Shown here: positions 61,560 to 64,000 of the stretch, piece after piece | How the letters are laid out: every line of letters starts with the position of its first letter | Position numbering within the stretch: the first letter of the stretch is position 1 | DNA from: Selaginella moellendorffii | Taxonomy: Eukaryota; Plantae; Lycopodiophyta | NCBI RefSeq assembly: GCF_000143415.4 | Contig: NW_003314282.1 | Span: forward strand, 345,700-409,699 | Direction: 5' to 3' | DNA length: 64,000 nt | Position numbers and translations under genes: made by a program | Notes under the pieces: model-generated | What the model was told of the DNA's origin: nothing | The model's database searches: none | Seen by the model: the letters and a program-made list of their open reading frames with translations, nothing else

Positions 61560-62250
61560 CCACACGAGCAGAGGCAGAAGTCGTACATGGAAAAAGCAGT
61601 TTTCACCAAGATCTCCTTGAGTTGCGCCTTGTTCGCCACCAACCCAGTGTAAACATCGTAGCCGAGCTTATGGCGGCAACGAGCTTCTCTTTCCCACTCG
61701 CCTGGCGGCCATGGACGAGGTAGCTCCTCTTCCACGCCTTCCCAATCCTCTTGTAGTAGTCCTGAGCTCCCACAAACGCCTCCAGATCCTTGACCAGCGT
61801 CTTCTTGAGCTCGACATCCATGGAGCAATCCAGCGTCTCCAAGCTCGCGTGATGATCGAATTCGCAGCTCCCCCAGCTCATCTCTACATATCCACGGTGA
61901 AAAGGCGGCGGCGCTTGGAGGCGGTGGCGATGATGTGAGAAAAGTAGGCCTGGATCACGTCGTTGGAGTAGTGCGGCGGGAATGCCCGCACGGGAAAGCC
62001 CGAGATGAGGGGCGTGTTGTCGTCGATCAAGCTCGCCCTCAAGAGCACCGGCTGCTCCGGATTGACTGCGAGAGAGGAGAGGTCCGTTGACGTAATTATA
62101 TCGTTCTCGTACACCGCGTGGCAGACTGTGGCCACCTCATCAGTCAACGCCACATCAGCCTGCCACCTGTGCCAACCCTTGGATGCGATTAGGAACATAC
62201 AAAAAGCCATAATTCCTCTAATTCATGGGATCTCAATCTGAAAAACAAGG
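61560..62250 (-). pseudogene. BCS1-like (AATP1-type) AAA-ATPase pseudogene
   Basis: FDHHASLETL..MDVELKKTLVKDLEAF...DYYKRIGKAWKRSYLVHGRQASGKE; degenerate Walker A, in-frame stop and frameshift. Confidence 0.7.
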
Positions 62251-63697
62251 AATCTAGGCAAGATAGAGAGATATAAACATGCATACGAGGTCCACTATCC
62301 ATTATCCATTTTCCAGGTCTCAAAACTAAATAGCTACGTCCTTGCGCTTGTTTCTCCCAGCTCATATTCATTATTAAAAGTCTGCAAAGCTTCTCCAGTG
62401 TTTCACCCGTATCGAGCAGCTCCTTTGCAGAAGTAGGCAATCGATGCACAAAAGTTTGTAGACATCAAAATGCTTGGACTCACGCTTGTTTCTCCAGGCT
62501 TCCCAAGCTGAGCTTGAGCACGATCACCCATCAGGTGCGTGATATCCATGCTACCACTCCACGCCAGCCGACCCAGATCACTCTACATGGCATTCTCGGA
62601 CGATGGCCAGGACCTACTTATCAAGAGTGTGGCGGAGCAGTGTGGACTAAAAGCTGTCCATGAAGATACCTTTGAGTCTCTGGGATGCGATGAACTAGAT
62701 CTGGTGCAGTGAACTCTTGTTGTCATGCAAATGTTGTGTTATAACGTGGAACAAACAAAAGATTAGTTCGACACTGTCCATGACTATAACAAAAGTCACA
62801 ACATAAACTGTGTAGAAGTAGCATTGCTGTCCTCTACAATATGCTCAACCTTATCTATCCAGCCGTGCAGCATCTCTTTGTTGTTTTTTTCATGGCCGCT
62901 TACATTGTTTGTGACTTCATTGAAGAATCACAGCTAGAAATCATTCTTTTGTTAATTCTCTACTTGACAATGCGTTTCAGCCTATGTTCAAAATTGACCA
63001 AGTCAAAAACAGTCTTTAAAGAATAATTACACATGCAAGAGAATATTTTATATAAATGAATAATACTTTTCTGTGGTTATCTTAATAATAGTGCTTATTA
63101 TTTATTAATCATATTGACTATGTTTATAATTTATAAACAAGAGATTAATCTTATTACATAGAATAACTAGAATATACTAGGAAGTGTTTATATGTTTATA
63201 GTTTATAAATACATCATTAATCTAAATGAAAAACAACCATTAGATGGTAGAATATTCCAAAATATCAAGTATATTCTAGGTATATTCATTAACCTGTTTG
63301 CTTATAAATTTTTTAATAAAAATAAAGTATTTATAATATTAAAAACACTTTAAATAATATTTAGAATAATTTTACATATATAAACTATCCAGAAACCATG
63401 TTTTAACCATCAGTGGATCATTATAGAGCACTGAAGTTAAATCTTTTGCACTCTAGGCCTCTACCACCACCATCCTTTTTTATTGCATTTGTTGTAAAAT
63501 CTTTCTTTTCTTAGAGGCTTTGGCAATTTACAGATTCAGAATATTGAAGAGAGAGAGGTAAGATTCCCAGTCACCCTTGCATGGACAACCAAAATCACAT
63601 GACATGTTCTTTCTTTTCCTTTTTATCGAGAAAGTGTAAAAGTCAAGGTCTTCTTAGGAGCATTGAAAACAAGGTTGACAAGATACACCTGGTATAT

Positions 63698-63760
63698 CAG
63701 TAGAAACTATAAACTTTTCCAAGGAGAAAGATGATAACAAATTGGAGTTGAAATATATGA
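63698..63760 (+). repeat. ~60-nt dispersed repeat shared with 58510-58570
   Basis: gtagaaactataaacttttccaa.gag(a)aagatgataacaaattggagt..aaatatat in both. Confidence 0.7.
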
Positions 63761-64000
63761 AGATATAATGGCGAGGACACCAAGAGAAGGTTTGGTGAAG
63801 AGGACAGCAACAGGCCGGACTAGAAAATCTCGGATAACCTCCAGCACCTCCTACGACATTTGCGGCAATCACAAAGTCAACATGGCTCCAAGCTTTTACT
63901 TTTCCGATGCTCAACAGCAGAAGCAAGCCTCTCAGGTGGTGGAGAGAAGACGAACAACCTCCCAAAGTCAGCCTTCCTCGGACCTGTCTTCTCGAGAGCG

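Noticed and set aside
63654-63965. 103-aa ORF at the window end
   Set aside because: Non-ATG start, runs into a dispersed repeat, and shows no recognisable domain

Overview
Gene-dense eukaryotic land-plant nuclear DNA with very short (~40-100 nt) introns and many intronless PLS-class PPR genes. These features strongly suggest a lycophyte, probably Selaginella (inference). Intact genes: a secreted His/Asp-rich GRP-like peptide, a small conserved plant protein, mitochondrial-type lipoyl(octanoyl)transferase LIP2, an orphan 6-exon gene, L-galactono-1,4-lactone dehydrogenase (GLDH), three PPR genes (two E-class, one DYW-class), an O-fucosyltransferase-family (DUF246/GT106) gene, a vWA-domain gene, a sugar transporter (STP), chorismate synthase and a CDPK. 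The middle of the window (17-35 kb) is made of segmental duplicates of the flanking genes that have been progressively shortened by small deletions, plus a Ty3/gypsy integrase remnant with a nested MITE; a 7.8 kb AT-rich decayed-repeat block follows at 35-42.8 kb. Most notable observations: (1) a multi-copy family of ~253-aa membrane proteins that look like only the N-terminal 6-TM half of an SLC22/OCT-type MFS transporter, with three intact and three broken copies; (2) an STP intron that opens with GC and is cut into three intron-sized pieces by two polypyrimidine-CAG|GTAAG junctions, a candidate for recursive splicing; (3) highly divergent SWEET-like genes with an acidic repeat N-terminal extension. 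No database searches were run; family assignments rest on recognised motifs.
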